Of a DNA stretch of 64,000 nt, positions 32,384 through 42,622 are shown in pieces. Both the position numbers and the translations under genes were made by a program. The stretch lies in the NCBI RefSeq assembly GCF_003334405.1, contig NZ_QOWM01000005.1. One strand, written 5' to 3'. Position 1 is the first letter of the stretch. Every line of letters begins with the position of its first letter. The notes under the pieces are model-generated. The model saw only the letters and a program-made list of their open reading frames with translations, was not told where the DNA came from and did no database searches. The DNA comes from Escherichia coli (GTDB taxonomy: Bacteria; Pseudomonadota; Gammaproteobacteria; Enterobacterales; Enterobacteriaceae).

Positions 32384-33171
32384 ATGCAAACCATCACCAT
32401 CGCCCCACCCAAGCGCAGCTGGTTCTCGCTTCTGAGCTGGGCCGTTGTACTCGCCGTGTTGGTCGTCTCGTGGCAGGGCGCGGAAATGGCCCCGCTTACG
32501 CTGATCAAAGACGGCGGCAACATGGCGACGTTCGCCGCCGACTTCTTCCCGCCCGATTTCAGCCAGTGGCAGGATTACCTCACCGAAATGGCCGTCACGC
32601 TGCAAATCGCCGTCTGGGGCACCGCGCTGGCGGTGGTTCTCTCCATCCCCTTTGGCCTGATGAGCGCCGAAAACCTGGTGCCGTGGTGGGTTTACCAGCC
32701 CGTTCGCCGCCTGATGGACGCCTGCCGCGCCATTAACGAAATGGTCTTCGCCATGCTGTTCGTGGTCGCCGTCGGCCTCGGCCCGTTCGCTGGCGTGCTG
32801 GCGTGCTGGCGCTGTTTATCCACACCACCGGCGTGCTCTCCAAGCTGCTTTCCGAAGCGGTGGAAGCGATTGAACCCGGCCCGGTGGAAGGCATTCGCGC
32901 CACCGGTGCCAACAAGCTCGAAGAGATCCTCTACGGCGTGCTGCCACAGGTGATGCCACTGCTGATCTCCTACTCCCTCTATCGCTTCGAATCCAACGTC
33001 CGCTCGGCGACCGTCGTCGGCATGGTCGGCGCAGGCGGGATCGGCGTCACCCTGTGGGAAGCGATTCGCGGTTTCCAGTTCCAACAAACCTGCGCCCTGA
33101 TGGTGCTTATCATCGTCACGGTCAGCCTGCTGGATTTCCTCTCTCAACGGTTGCGTAAGCACTTTATCTGA
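32384..33171 (+). pseudogene. phnE: phnE, phosphonate ABC transporter permease, inactivated by a frameshift (K-12 cryptic allele)
   Basis: N-terminal part [19 protein letters not shown]... is in frame with ATG 32384 and stops at 32953; the C-terminal permease portion continues in another frame to 33171; the frame switch coincides with a triple tandem 8-mer (gctggcgt gctggcgt gctggcgc) at 32789-32812. Confidence 0.88.
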
Positions 33172-33191
33172 TAAGCGAGGCATTGATATCT

Positions 33192-33917
33192 ATGCACTTG
33201 TCTACACATCCGACCAGCTACCCAACACGCTATCAAGAGATAGCCGCAAAACTTGAGCAGGAGCTTCGTCAACACTACCGCTGCGGCGACTATCTTCCCG
33301 CCGAGCAGCAACTGGCAGCGCGCTTTGAGGTGAATCGCCACACCCTGCGCCGCGCCATCGACCAACTGGTGGAAAAAGGCTGGGTACAGCGCCGTCAGGG
33401 CGTCGGCGTGCTGGTGCTGATGCGCCCGTTCGATTACCCGCTCAACGCCCAGGCGCGTTTTAGCCAGAATCTGCTGGATCAGGGCAGCCATCCCACCAGC
33501 GAAAAACTGCTTTCGGTATTGCGCCCCGCGTCCGGCCACGTCGCTGACGCACTGGGGATTACCGAGGGGGAGAACGTCATCCACCTGCGCACCCTGCGTC
33601 GTGTCAACGGCGTCGCGCTCTGTTTAATCGACCACTACTTCGCGGACCTCACCCTCTGGCCGACGCTGCAACGCTTCGACAGCGGCTCGCTGCACGATTT
33701 TCTGCGCGAGCAAACCGGAATTGCGCTGCGCCGCAGCCAGACGCGGATCAGCGCCCGCCGCGCCCAGGCCAAAGAGTGCCAGCGTCTTGAAATCCCGAAT
33801 ATGTCGCCGCTGCTGTGCGTGCGCACCCTTAACCACCGTGACGGTGAAAGCAGCCCGGCGGAGTACTCCGTCAGCCTGACGCGCGCCGACATGATTGAAT
33901 TCACTATGGAGCACTGA
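33192..33917 (+). CDS. phnF: GntR-family repressor PhnF (241 aa)
   Basis: N-terminal winged HTH plus UTRA domain; start at internal ATG 33192. Confidence 0.92.
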   Translation: MHLSTHPTSYPTRYQEIAAKLEQELRQHYRCGDYLPAEQQLAARFEVNRHTLRRAIDQLVEKGWVQRRQGVGVLVLMRPFDYPLNAQARFSQNLLDQGSHPTSEKLLSVLRPASGHVADALGITEGENVIHLRTLRRVNGVALCLIDHYFADLTLWPTLQRFDSGSLHDFLREQTGIALRRSQTRISARRAQAKECQRLEIPNMSPLLCVRTLNHRDGESSPAEYSVSLTRADMIEFTMEH

Positions 33918-34370
33918 ATGCACGCAGATACCGCGACCCGCCAGCACTGGATGTCCGTGCTGGCGCACAGCCAACCGGCTGAACTGGCAGCACGCCTGAA
34001 CGCGCTAAACATCACCGCCGACTATGAGGTGATCCGCGCCGCTGAAACTGGCCTGGTACAGATTCAGGCGCGGATGGGCGGCACCGGCGAACGTTTTTTT
34101 GCCGGCGACGCCACGCTGACCCGCGCCGCCGTGCGCCTGACTGACGGCACGCTCGGCTACAGCTGGGTGCAGGGGCGTGATAAACAGCACGCCGAACGCT
34201 GCGCGCTGATTGACGCGCTGATGCAGCAATCTCGCCACTTTCAAAACTTATCAGAAACCCTTATTGCCCCGCTGGACGCTGACCGTATGGCACGCATTGC
34301 CGCACGCCAGGCCGAAGTGAACGCCAGCCGGGTCGACTTCTTTACGATGGTTCGCGGAGACAACGCATGA
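33918..34370 (+). CDS. phnG: C-P lyase core complex subunit PhnG (150 aa)
   Basis: Operon position and length; start directly abuts the phnF stop. Confidence 0.93.
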
Positions 34371-34951
34371 CCCTGGAAACCGCTTTTATGCTTCCCGTGC
34401 AGGATGCCCAGCACAGTTTTCGTCGCCTGTTAAAGGCCATGAGCGAGCCGGGCGTGATTGTCGCCCTGCATCAGCTCAAACGCGGCTGGCAACCGCTGAA
34501 TATCGCCACCACCAGCGTGCTGCTGACGCTGGCCGATAACGACACGCCGGTGTGGCTTTCTACCCCATTAAATAACGATATCGTCAACCAGAGCCTGCGT
34601 TTTCATACCAACGCGCCGCTGGTCAGCCAGCCGGAACAGGCGACCTTCGCGGTGACGGATGAGGCGATTTCCAGCGAACAGCTCAACGCCCTTTCCACCG
34701 GCACCGCCGTTGCGCCGGAAGCGGGTGCGACGCTGATTTTACAGGTCGCCAGCCTGAGCGGCGGACGCATGTTGCGCCTTACTGGTGCGGGTATTGCCGA
34801 AGAACGAATGATCGCTCCGCAGCTGCCGGAGTGCATTCTGCACGAACTCACCGAGCGCCCGCATCCGTTCCCGCTCGGCATCGACCTGATCCTGACCTGT
34901 GGCGAGCGCCTGCTGGCTATTCCGCGAACCACTCATGTGGAGGTGTGCTGA
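34367..34951 (+). CDS. phnH: C-P lyase core complex subunit PhnH (194 aa)
   Basis: Operon position and length; overlaps the phnG stop by 4 bp. Confidence 0.93.
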
Positions 34952-36015
34952 TGTACGTTGCCGTGAAAGGGGGCGAGAAGGCGATCGACGCCGCCCACGC
35001 CCTGCAAGAGAGCCGACGCCGAGGCGATACCGATTTGCCCGAACTGAGCGTCGCCCAGATTGAACAGCAGCTTAACCTCGCGGTAGATCGCGTGATGACC
35101 GAAGGCGGCATTGCCGACCGCGAACTGGCGGCGCTGGCGCTGAAACAGGCCAGCGGCGATAACGTTGAAGCGATTTTCCTGCTGCGCGCCTACCGCACCA
35201 CGTTGGCGAAGCTGGCGGTAAGCGAGCCGCTCGACACCACCGGGATGCGTCTCGAACGCCGTATCTCCGCCGTTTATAAAGACATTCCCGGCGGCCAGCT
35301 GCTTGGCCCAACCTACGACTACACCCATCGCCTGCTCGATTTTACCCTGCTGGCAAACGGCGAAGCGCCGACGCTGACCACCGCCGACAGCGAACAGCAG
35401 CCGTCGCCGCACGTTTTCAGCCTGCTGGCGCGTCAGGGGCTGGCGAAGTTTGAAGAGGATAGCGGCGCACAGCCGGATGACATCACCCGCACGCCGCCGG
35501 TTTACCCCTGCTCACGCTCCTCCCGTTTGCAGCAGTTGATGCGCGGCGACGAAGGCTATTTGCTGGCGCTGGCCTACTCCACCCAACGCGGTTACGGGCG
35601 CAATCACCCGTTCGCAGGCGAGATCCGCAGCGGCTATATCGACGTGTCGATTGTGCCGGAAGAGCTGGGATTTGCGGTGAACGTCGGCGAACTGCTGATG
35701 ACTGAGTGTGAAATGGTTAACGGTTTTATCGACCCGCCGGGTGAGCCGCCGCACTTCACGCGCGGCTACGGGCTGGTGTTCGGCATGAGCGAGCGCAAAG
35801 CGATGGCGATGGCGCTGGTCGACCGCGCTCTGCAAGCCCCGGAGTACGGCGAGCACGCGACAGGCCCGGCGCAGGATGAAGAGTTCGTGCTGGCACATGC
35901 CGACAACGTCGAAGCCGCAGGCTTTGTCTCACACCTCAAACTCCCCCACTACGTCGATTTCCAGGCCGAACTGGAGCTACTCAAACGTCTGCAACAGGAG
36001 CAGAACCATGGCTAA
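34951..36015 (+). CDS. phnI: C-P lyase subunit PhnI, nucleosidase/ribosyl-transfer step (354 aa)
   Basis: Translation [26 protein letters not shown]...; start ATG 34951 shares a base with the phnH stop codon; the ORF-track start at 34831 is an extension. Confidence 0.92.
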   Translation: MYVAVKGGEKAIDAAHALQESRRRGDTDLPELSVAQIEQQLNLAVDRVMTEGGIADRELAALALKQASGDNVEAIFLLRAYRTTLAKLAVSEPLDTTGMRLERRISAVYKDIPGGQLLGPTYDYTHRLLDFTLLANGEAPTLTTADSEQQPSPHVFSLLARQGLAKFEEDSGAQPDDITRTPPVYPCSRSSRLQQLMRGDEGYLLALAYSTQRGYGRNHPFAGEIRSGYIDVSIVPEELGFAVNVGELLMTECEMVNGFIDPPGEPPHFTRGYGLVFGMSERKAMAMALVDRALQAPEYGEHATGPAQDEEFVLAHADNVEAAGFVSHLKLPHYVDFQAELELLKRLQQEQNHG

Positions 36016-36853
36016 TCTGAGCGGCTACAACTTTGCCTACCTCGACGAGCAGACCAAACGCATGATCCGCCGCGCCATCTTAAAAGCGGTGGCGATCCCC
36101 GGTTATCAGGTGCCGTTTGGCGGGCGCGAGATGCCGATGCCGTACGGCTGGGGAACCGGCGGCATTCAGCTTACCGCCAGCGTGATTGGCGAAAGCGACG
36201 TGCTGAAGGTGATTGACCAGGGCGCGGATGACACCACCAACGCCGTGTCGATTCGCAACTTCTTCAAGCGCGTGACCGGGGTAAACACCACGGAACGTAC
36301 GGACGATGCGACGGTTATCCAGACGCGTCACCGCATCCCCGAAACGCCGCTGACCGAAGATCAGATAATTATCTTCCAGGTGCCAATCCCCGAGCCGCTG
36401 CGCTTTATCGAGCCGCGCGAAACGGAAACCCGCACCATGCACGCGCTGGAAGAGTACGGCGTGATGCAGGTGAAACTGTATGAAGATATCGCCCGCTTCG
36501 GTCATATCGCCACCACCTACGCCTATCCGGTGAAGGTAAATGGGCGCTACGTGATGGACCCGTCGCCGATCCCGAAATTCGATAACCCAAAAATGGACAT
36601 GATGCCCGCCCTGCAACTGTTCGGCGCGGGGCGCGAGAAGCGCATCTATGCGGTGCCGCCGTTTACCCGCGTGGAAAGTCTCGATTTCGACGATCACCCG
36701 TTCACCGTTCAGCAGTGGGATGAGCCATGCGCCATCTGCGGATCGACCCACAGCTATCTTGATGAAGTGGTGCTGGATGACGCCGGAAACCGCATGTTTG
36801 TCTGCTCCGATACCGATTATTGCCGCCAACAGAGCGAGGCAAAAAACCAATGA
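36008..36853 (+). CDS. phnJ: C-P lyase catalytic subunit PhnJ, radical-SAM-like enzyme (281 aa)
   Basis: Translation MANLSGYNFAYLDEQTKRMIRRAILKAVAIPGYQVPFGG...; four-Cys cluster CAICGSTHSYLDEVVLDDAGNRMFVCSDTDYC near the C-terminus. Confidence 0.93.
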   Translation: MANLSGYNFAYLDEQTKRMIRRAILKAVAIPGYQVPFGGREMPMPYGWGTGGIQLTASVIGESDVLKVIDQGADDTTNAVSIRNFFKRVTGVNTTERTDDATVIQTRHRIPETPLTEDQIIIFQVPIPEPLRFIEPRETETRTMHALEEYGVMQVKLYEDIARFGHIATTYAYPVKVNGRYVMDPSPIPKFDNPKMDMMPALQLFGAGREKRIYAVPPFTRVESLDFDDHPFTVQQWDEPCAICGSTHSYLDEVVLDDAGNRMFVCSDTDYCRQQSEAKNQ

Positions 36854-37608
36854 ATCAACCGTTACTTTCGGTCAATAACCTGACCCACCTTTACGCGCCG
36901 GGCAAAGGCTTTAGCGATGTCTCTTTTGATTTATGGCCGGGGGAAGTGCTGGGCATTGTCGGGGAATCCGGCTCCGGGAAGACCACGCTGCTGAAGTCGA
37001 TCTCCGCGCGCCTGACGCCGCAGCAGGGGGAAATTCACTACGAGAACCGTTCGCTGTATGCAATGAGCGAGGCCGACCGCCGTCGCCTGCTGCGTACCGA
37101 ATGGGGCGTGGTGCATCAGCATCCACTCGACGGCCTGCGCCGCCAGGTGTCGGCGGGCGGCAATATCGGCGAGCGGCTGATGGCGACCGGGGCACGTCAT
37201 TACGGCGATATTCGTGCCACCGCGCAGAAGTGGCTGGAAGAGGTGGAGATTCCCGCCAACCGGATCGACGACCTGCCGACCACCTTTTCCGGCGGTATGC
37301 AGCAGCGTTTGCAGATTGCCCGCAACCTGGTGACGCATCCGAAGCTGGTGTTTATGGATGAACCGACCGGCGGGCTGGATGTGTCGGTGCAGGCCCGCCT
37401 GCTCGACCTGCTGCGCGGCCTGGTGGTGGAGCTGAACCTCGCGGTGGTGATTGTCACCCATGATTTAGGCGTCGCCCGCCTGCTGGCGGACCGTTTGCTG
37501 GTGATGAAGCAGGGGCAAGTGGTGGAGAGTGGGTTAACCGACCGCGTGCTCGACGACCCGCATCATCCGTATACACAGCTGCTGGTGTCATCGGTTTTGC
37601 AGAATTGA
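36850..37608 (+). CDS. phnK: C-P lyase associated ATP-binding protein PhnK (252 aa)
   Basis: Walker [10 protein letters not shown], signature FSGGMQQR; start [15 protein letters not shown] overlaps the phnJ stop. Confidence 0.93.
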
Positions 37609-37610
37609 GC

Positions 37611-37700
<90 letters not shown>

Positions 37701-37718
37701 CGAACCACGAGGCGAAAA

Positions 37719-38399
37719 ATGATTAACGTACAAAACGTCAGTAAAACCTTCATCCTGCACCAGCAAAACGGCGTGCGCCTGCCCGTCCTCAATCGCGCCT
37801 CGCTCACCGTCAACGCGGGCGAATGCGTGGTGCTCCACGGCCATTCCGGCAGCGGCAAATCAACTCTGCTACGCTCGCTGTACGCCAACTATCTGCCCGA
37901 CGAAGGTCAAATCCAGATCAAACACGGTGACGAGTGGGTAGACCTGGTCACCGCGCCAGCGCGCAAAGTGGTGGAAATCCGCAAAACCACCGTCGGCTGG
38001 GTGAGCCAGTTTCTGCGCGTCATCCCGCGTATCTCAGCACTGGAAGTGGTGATGCAGCCGCTGCTCGATACCGGCGTTCCGCGTGAAGCCTGCGCCGCTA
38101 AAGCCGCGCGTCTTCTCACCCGCCTGAACGTGCCGGAACGCCTGTGGCACCTGGCACCATCGACATTTTCCGGTGGCGAACAGCAGCGCGTCAACATCGC
38201 CCGCGGCTTTATCGTCGACTACCCCATTCTGCTGCTTGACGAACCTACCGCCTCGCTGGACGCCAAAAACAGCGCCGCGGTGGTGGAACTGATTCGCGAA
38301 GCCAAAACCCGTGGCGCAGCCATCGTAGGCATCTTCCATGACGAAGCTGTACGTAATGACGTCGCCGACCGCCTGCACCCAATGGGAGCCTCTTCATGA
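37719..38399 (+). CDS. phnL: C-P lyase associated ATP-binding protein PhnL (226 aa)
   Basis: Translation [21 protein letters not shown]..., Walker [10 protein letters not shown]; the ORF-track start at 37605 runs through the REP element. Confidence 0.93.
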
Positions 38400-39532
38400 T
38401 TATCAATAACGTTAAGCTGGTGCTGGAAAACGAGGTGGTAAGCGGTTCGCTGGAGGTGCAGAACGGCGAAATCCGCGCCTTTGCCGAAAGCCAGAGCCGC
38501 CTGCCGGAGGCGATGGACGGCGAAGGCGGCTGGCTGCTGCCGGGGCTGATTGAGCTGCATACCGATAATCTGGATAAATTCTTCACCCCGCGCCCGAAAG
38601 TTGACTGGCCTGCCCACTCGGCGATGAGCAGCCACGACGCGCTGATGGTGGCGAGCGGCATCACCACCGTACTGGATGCCGTGGCAATTGGCGACGTGCG
38701 CGACGGCGGCGATCGGCTGGAGAATCTGGAGAAGATGATCAACGCCATCGAAGAGACGCAGAAACGCGGCGTCAACCGCGCCGAGCACCGTCTGCATCTG
38801 CGCTGCGAACTGCCGCATCACACCACGCTGCCGCTGTTTGAAAAACTGGTGCAGCGCGAGCCGGTGACGCTGGTGTCGCTGATGGACCACTCGCCGGGCC
38901 AGCGCCAGTTCGCCAACCGCGAGAAGTATCGCGAATATTATCAGGGCAAATACTCCCTCACTGATGCGCAGATGCAGCAGTACGAAGAAGAGCAACTGGC
39001 GCTCGCCGCACGCTGGTCGCAGCCGAATCGCGAATCCATCGCCGCCCTGTGCCGCGCGCGAAAAATTGCGCTTGCCAGCCACGATGACGCCACCCACGCC
39101 CACGTTGCTGAATCTCACCAGCTTGGCAGCGTGATCGCCGAATTTCCCACCACGTTCGAAGCGGCGGAAGCCTCGCGCAAGCATGGCATGAACGTGCTGA
39201 TGGGCGCGCCGAATATTGTGCGCGGCGGCTCGCACTCCGGCAACGTGGCGGCCAGTGAACTGGCGCAGCTTGGCCTGCTGGATATCCTCTCTTCCGACTA
39301 CTACCCCGCCAGCCTGCTCGATGCGGCATTTCGCGTCGCCGATGACCAGAGCAACCGCTTTACGCTGCCGCAGGCGGTGAAGCTGGTGACTAAAAATCCA
39401 GCGCAGGCGCTTAATCTCCAGGATCGCGGGGTGATTGGCGAGGGCAAACGCGCCGACCTGGTGCTGGCGCATCGCAAGGACAATCATATTCATATCGACC
39501 ACGTCTGGCGTCAGGGTAAAAGGGTGTTCTGA
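38396..39532 (+). CDS. phnM: PhnM, amidohydrolase-family pyrophosphohydrolase of the C-P lyase pathway (378 aa)
   Basis: Amidohydrolase-type metal-binding motifs (ELHTDN); operon position. Confidence 0.93.
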
Positions 39533-40089
39533 TGATGGGAAAACTGATTTGGTTAATGGGGCCGTCCGGCTCCGGGAAAGACAGCCTGCTGGCGGAACTC
39601 CGCCTGCGGGAACAAACTCAGTTACTGGTGGCGCATCGCTACATCACGCGCGATGCCAGCGCCGGAAGTGAAAACCATATCGCCCTGAGCGAGCAGGAGT
39701 TTTTTACCCGCGCGGGGCAAAATCTGTTGGCCTTAAGCTGGCACGCTAACGGTCTGTATTATGGCGTCGGCGTCGAGATTGATCTCTGGCTGCACGCCGG
39801 ATTCGACGTGCTGGTCAACGGCTCACGCGCCCATCTGCCGCAGGCGCGGGCGCGCTATCAATCGGCGCTGCTGCCCGTCTGTTTACAGGTTTCGCCGGAG
39901 ATCCTCCGCCAGCGCCTGGAAAACCGTGGCCGTGAAAACGCCAGTGAAATTAACGCCCGCCTGGCGCGCGCCGCCCGCTATACTCCACAGGATTGCCATA
40001 CGCTCAACAATGACGGCAGCCTGCGCCAGTCGGTCGACACGCTGCTGACGCTGATCCATCAGAAGGAGAAACACCATGCCTGCTTGTGA
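39532..40089 (+). CDS. phnN: Ribose 1,5-bisphosphate phosphokinase PhnN (185 aa)
   Basis: P-loop GPSGSGKDS; start ATG shares one base with the phnM stop. Confidence 0.93.
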
Positions 40090-40510
40090 GCTTCGCCCGG
40101 CCACGCAGTACGACACCGACGCGGTTTACGCGCTGATTTGTGAGCTAAAACAGGCGGAGTTTGACCACCACGCGTTTCGCGTGGGTTTTAACGCCAATCT
40201 GCGCGACCCAAACATGCGCTACCATCTGGCGCTGCTTGATGGCGAAGTTGTCGGCATGATCGGCCTGCATTTGCAGTTTCATCTGCATCATGTCAACTGG
40301 ATCGGCGAAATTCAGGAGTTGGTGGTAATGCCGCAGGCGCGCGGTCTGAACGTCGGCAGTAAGTTACTGGCGTGGGCAGAAGAAGAAGCCCGCCAGGCCG
40401 GGGCCGAAATGACCGAACTTTCGACCAACGTGAAGCGCCACGACGCGCACCGTTTCTATCTGCGCGAAGGCTACGAGCAGAGCCACTTCCGCTTCACCAA
40501 GGCGCTGTAA
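40076..40510 (+). CDS. phnO: Aminoalkylphosphonate N-acetyltransferase PhnO (144 aa, GNAT)
   Basis: GNAT fold; overlaps the phnN end by 14 bp. Confidence 0.93.
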
Positions 40511-40511
40511 C

Positions 40512-41270
40512 ATGAGCCTGACCCTCACGCTCACCGGCACCGGCGGCGCACAGGGCGTTCCGGCATGGGGCTGCGAGTGTGCGGCCTGCGCCAGAGCGCG
40601 GCGCTCGCCGCAGTATCGCCGCCAACCGTGCAGCGGCGTAGTGAAGTTTAACGACGCAATCACCCTGATCGACGCCGGGCTGCACGATCTCGCCGATCGC
40701 TGGTCGCCCGGATCGTTCCAGCAGTTTTTGCTGACGCATTATCATATGGATCACGTCCAGGGGCTGTTTCCGCTGCGCTGGGGCGTTGGCGATCCGATCC
40801 CGGTTTACGGCCCGCCGGATGAACAGGGCTGCGACGATCTGTTTAAACATCCGGGCCTGCTTGATTTCAGCCACACGGTGGAACCGTTTGTGGTGTTTGA
40901 TTTGCAGGGGTTACAGGTCACGCCCCTGCCGCTCAACCACTCAAAACTGACCTTCGGTTATCTGCTGGAAACGGCACACAGCCGGGTGGCGTGGCTGTCT
41001 GACACCGCAGGCTTGCCGGAAAAAACGCTGAAATTTTTACGCAATAATCAGCCGCAGGTAATGGTGATGGATTGCAGTCACCCGCCGCGCGCGGATGCAC
41101 CGCGTAATCACTGTGATTTAAATACCGTGCTTGCGCTGAATCAGGTTATCCGCTCGCCACGGGTGATTCTGACCCATATCAGCCACCAGTTTGATGCGTG
41201 GCTGATGGAAAACGCACTACCGTCAGGGTTTGAGGTGGGGTTTGATGGGATGGAGATTGGGGTGGCGTGA
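40512..41270 (+). CDS. phnP: PhnP, metallo-beta-lactamase-fold cyclic phosphodiesterase (252 aa)
   Basis: HxHxDH motif (THYHMDH); last gene of the operon. Confidence 0.93.
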
Positions 41271-41292
41271 TGAGAGGGAATGTGCGCGCTGG

Positions 41293-41395
41293 CCCCCTCA
41301 CCCTAACCCTCTCCCCAGAGGGGCGAGGGGACCGATTGTGCTCGATATTGAATATTGCGCTCGTTTTCTCCCTCTCCCCATTGGGGTGAGGGGCG
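41293..41395. repeat. Two copies of a GC-rich palindromic repeat between convergent phnP and yjdP
   Basis: caccctaaccctctccccagaggggcgaggggacc (41293-41331) and ctccctctccccattggggtgaggggcga (41367-41395); same family as the element at 14077-14115. Confidence 0.65.
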
Positions 41396-41416
41396 ATGCC
41401 TGCTCCATACCCAACC

Positions 41417-41746
41417 TCATCGCCCATACTCATCTTCCATTCTCCGCTCTTCATCCTCCAGTTGCCGACGCTCCTGATCAAGCTGGCGCTGGCGATCGTC
41501 CAGCTGCCTGCGGCGATCTTCAAACTGGCGGCGGCGGTCGTCATATTGTCTGCGCCGATCGTCGCTCACTTCACGCTGCCAGCCGTCGTCGCGCGAATCT
41601 TCATAGTCTCGCCCACGGTCAGGGTTATAAGCGTCATTAATCGCCTGCTGAATATTGCCAATGGTGTCGTCGATAATATCGGCCTGGGCCGGAACGGTGG
41701 ACAGCGTGAGCAGGGTGAATAAAAGAAATAGCGGAAAGCGTTTCAT
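41417..41746 (-). CDS. yjdP: Secreted low-complexity protein YjdP (109 aa) with charged R/Q/D/E repeats
   Basis: Signal peptide MKRFPLFLLFTLLTLSTVPAQA followed by repeats of the form DDRRRQ(Y/F/L); function unknown. Confidence 0.8.
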   Translation of the reverse strand: MKRFPLFLLFTLLTLSTVPAQADIIDDTIGNIQQAINDAYNPDRGRDYEDSRDDGWQREVSDDRRRQYDDRRRQFEDRRRQLDDRQRQLDQERRQLEDEERRMEDEYGR

Positions 41747-41814
41747 TAGCCAACCTCAAAAAGAAACTCTATCCACATTAATCATTACTCATCCATGCAA
41801 GTAGTGGATGAATC

Positions 41815-42264
41815 TCAATTTCTCCGCTGCTCTATTGCCGTAATCGCCTCCACGCGTTGTTGATGACGACCGCCTTCGTACTGTGCGCCCAGCCACGCAT
41901 CCACAATCATTTTTGCCAGTTCGAGGCCAACCACTCGTGAACCAAAAGCCAGCACGTTGGTGTCGTTATGCTGCCGCGAAAGTTGCGCGGAATAAGGTTC
42001 GCTACAGACGACCGCGCGAATTCCGGCAAACTTGTTCGCCGCTATCGAAATACCGACGCCAGTACCACAAATCAAAATCCCGCCATCAACCTCTCCGCCA
42101 GCAACAGCCAGTGCGACTTGACTGGCGTAATGTGGATAATCAGTACGCTCTGACGACCAGGTTCCTTTATCAATCACTTCAACGCCACGCTCAACTAAAT
42201 GTGCCACTATTTCATGTTTTAAAATGAAACCGACATGATCACAGCCAAATGCAATCTTTTTCAT
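41815..42264 (-). CDS. rpiB: Ribose-5-phosphate / allose-6-phosphate isomerase B (149 aa)
   Basis: Translation MKKIAFGCDHVGFILKHEIVAHLVERGVEVIDKG... (RpiB/LacAB family). Confidence 0.95.
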   Translation of the reverse strand: MKKIAFGCDHVGFILKHEIVAHLVERGVEVIDKGTWSSERTDYPHYASQVALAVAGGEVDGGILICGTGVGISIAANKFAGIRAVVCSEPYSAQLSRQHNDTNVLAFGSRVVGLELAKMIVDAWLGAQYEGGRHQQRVEAITAIEQRRN

Positions 42265-42622
42265 TCATCTTCCCCGTCCGTGCAAAACTTCACAATCAAA
42301 AAACATTTGTGATGTTAATGAATTAAAAACACCCAAAATCGATGAATTACGCCTTCCTGATCTGTTTTACAGAGTTACATCTGACAGCGCAATAGCGTTA
42401 AAGACACTCACCATCCAGCAACATCTATCATCTAAAAAACCAGAAAAACAAATAACATCATGTTTTTAAACTAATTAAATGAAATAAAATTTTAAGCCAC
42501 TCGCCATTGTTCACAATAAAATAAACTTTATAAATTTTATTTTTTTGTGAAGTCGCCAGCATCTTTTCTGTTCTTGCTGTGGTGATATAGTGGCGTCTTC
42601 AATTCAAGGACAAGAGAACGTG

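Noticed and set aside
32321-33171. Two independent small permease genes (ORFs 32321-32953 and 32803-33171)
   Set aside because: Together they encode one PhnE permease split by a frameshift at the triple 8-mer repeat, so this is annotated as a pseudogene.
38219-39502. Long minus-strand ORF (427 aa) antisense to phnM; similar long antisense ORFs at 49725-51008 (yjcS), 15440-16447 (adiA), 31385-32098 (phnD), 36080-36850 (phnJ), 9225-9737 (fumB)
   Set aside because: They lie entirely within well-supported sense-strand genes and have low-complexity Arg/Ala/Gly-rich translations typical of shadow ORFs in GC-rich coding DNA.
42516-42540. AT-only inverted repeat (ataaaat ... attttat) in the rpiB-rpiR intergenic region as a possible operator
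   Set aside because: Short A/T palindromes arise readily by chance in AT-rich promoter DNA; there is no independent support.
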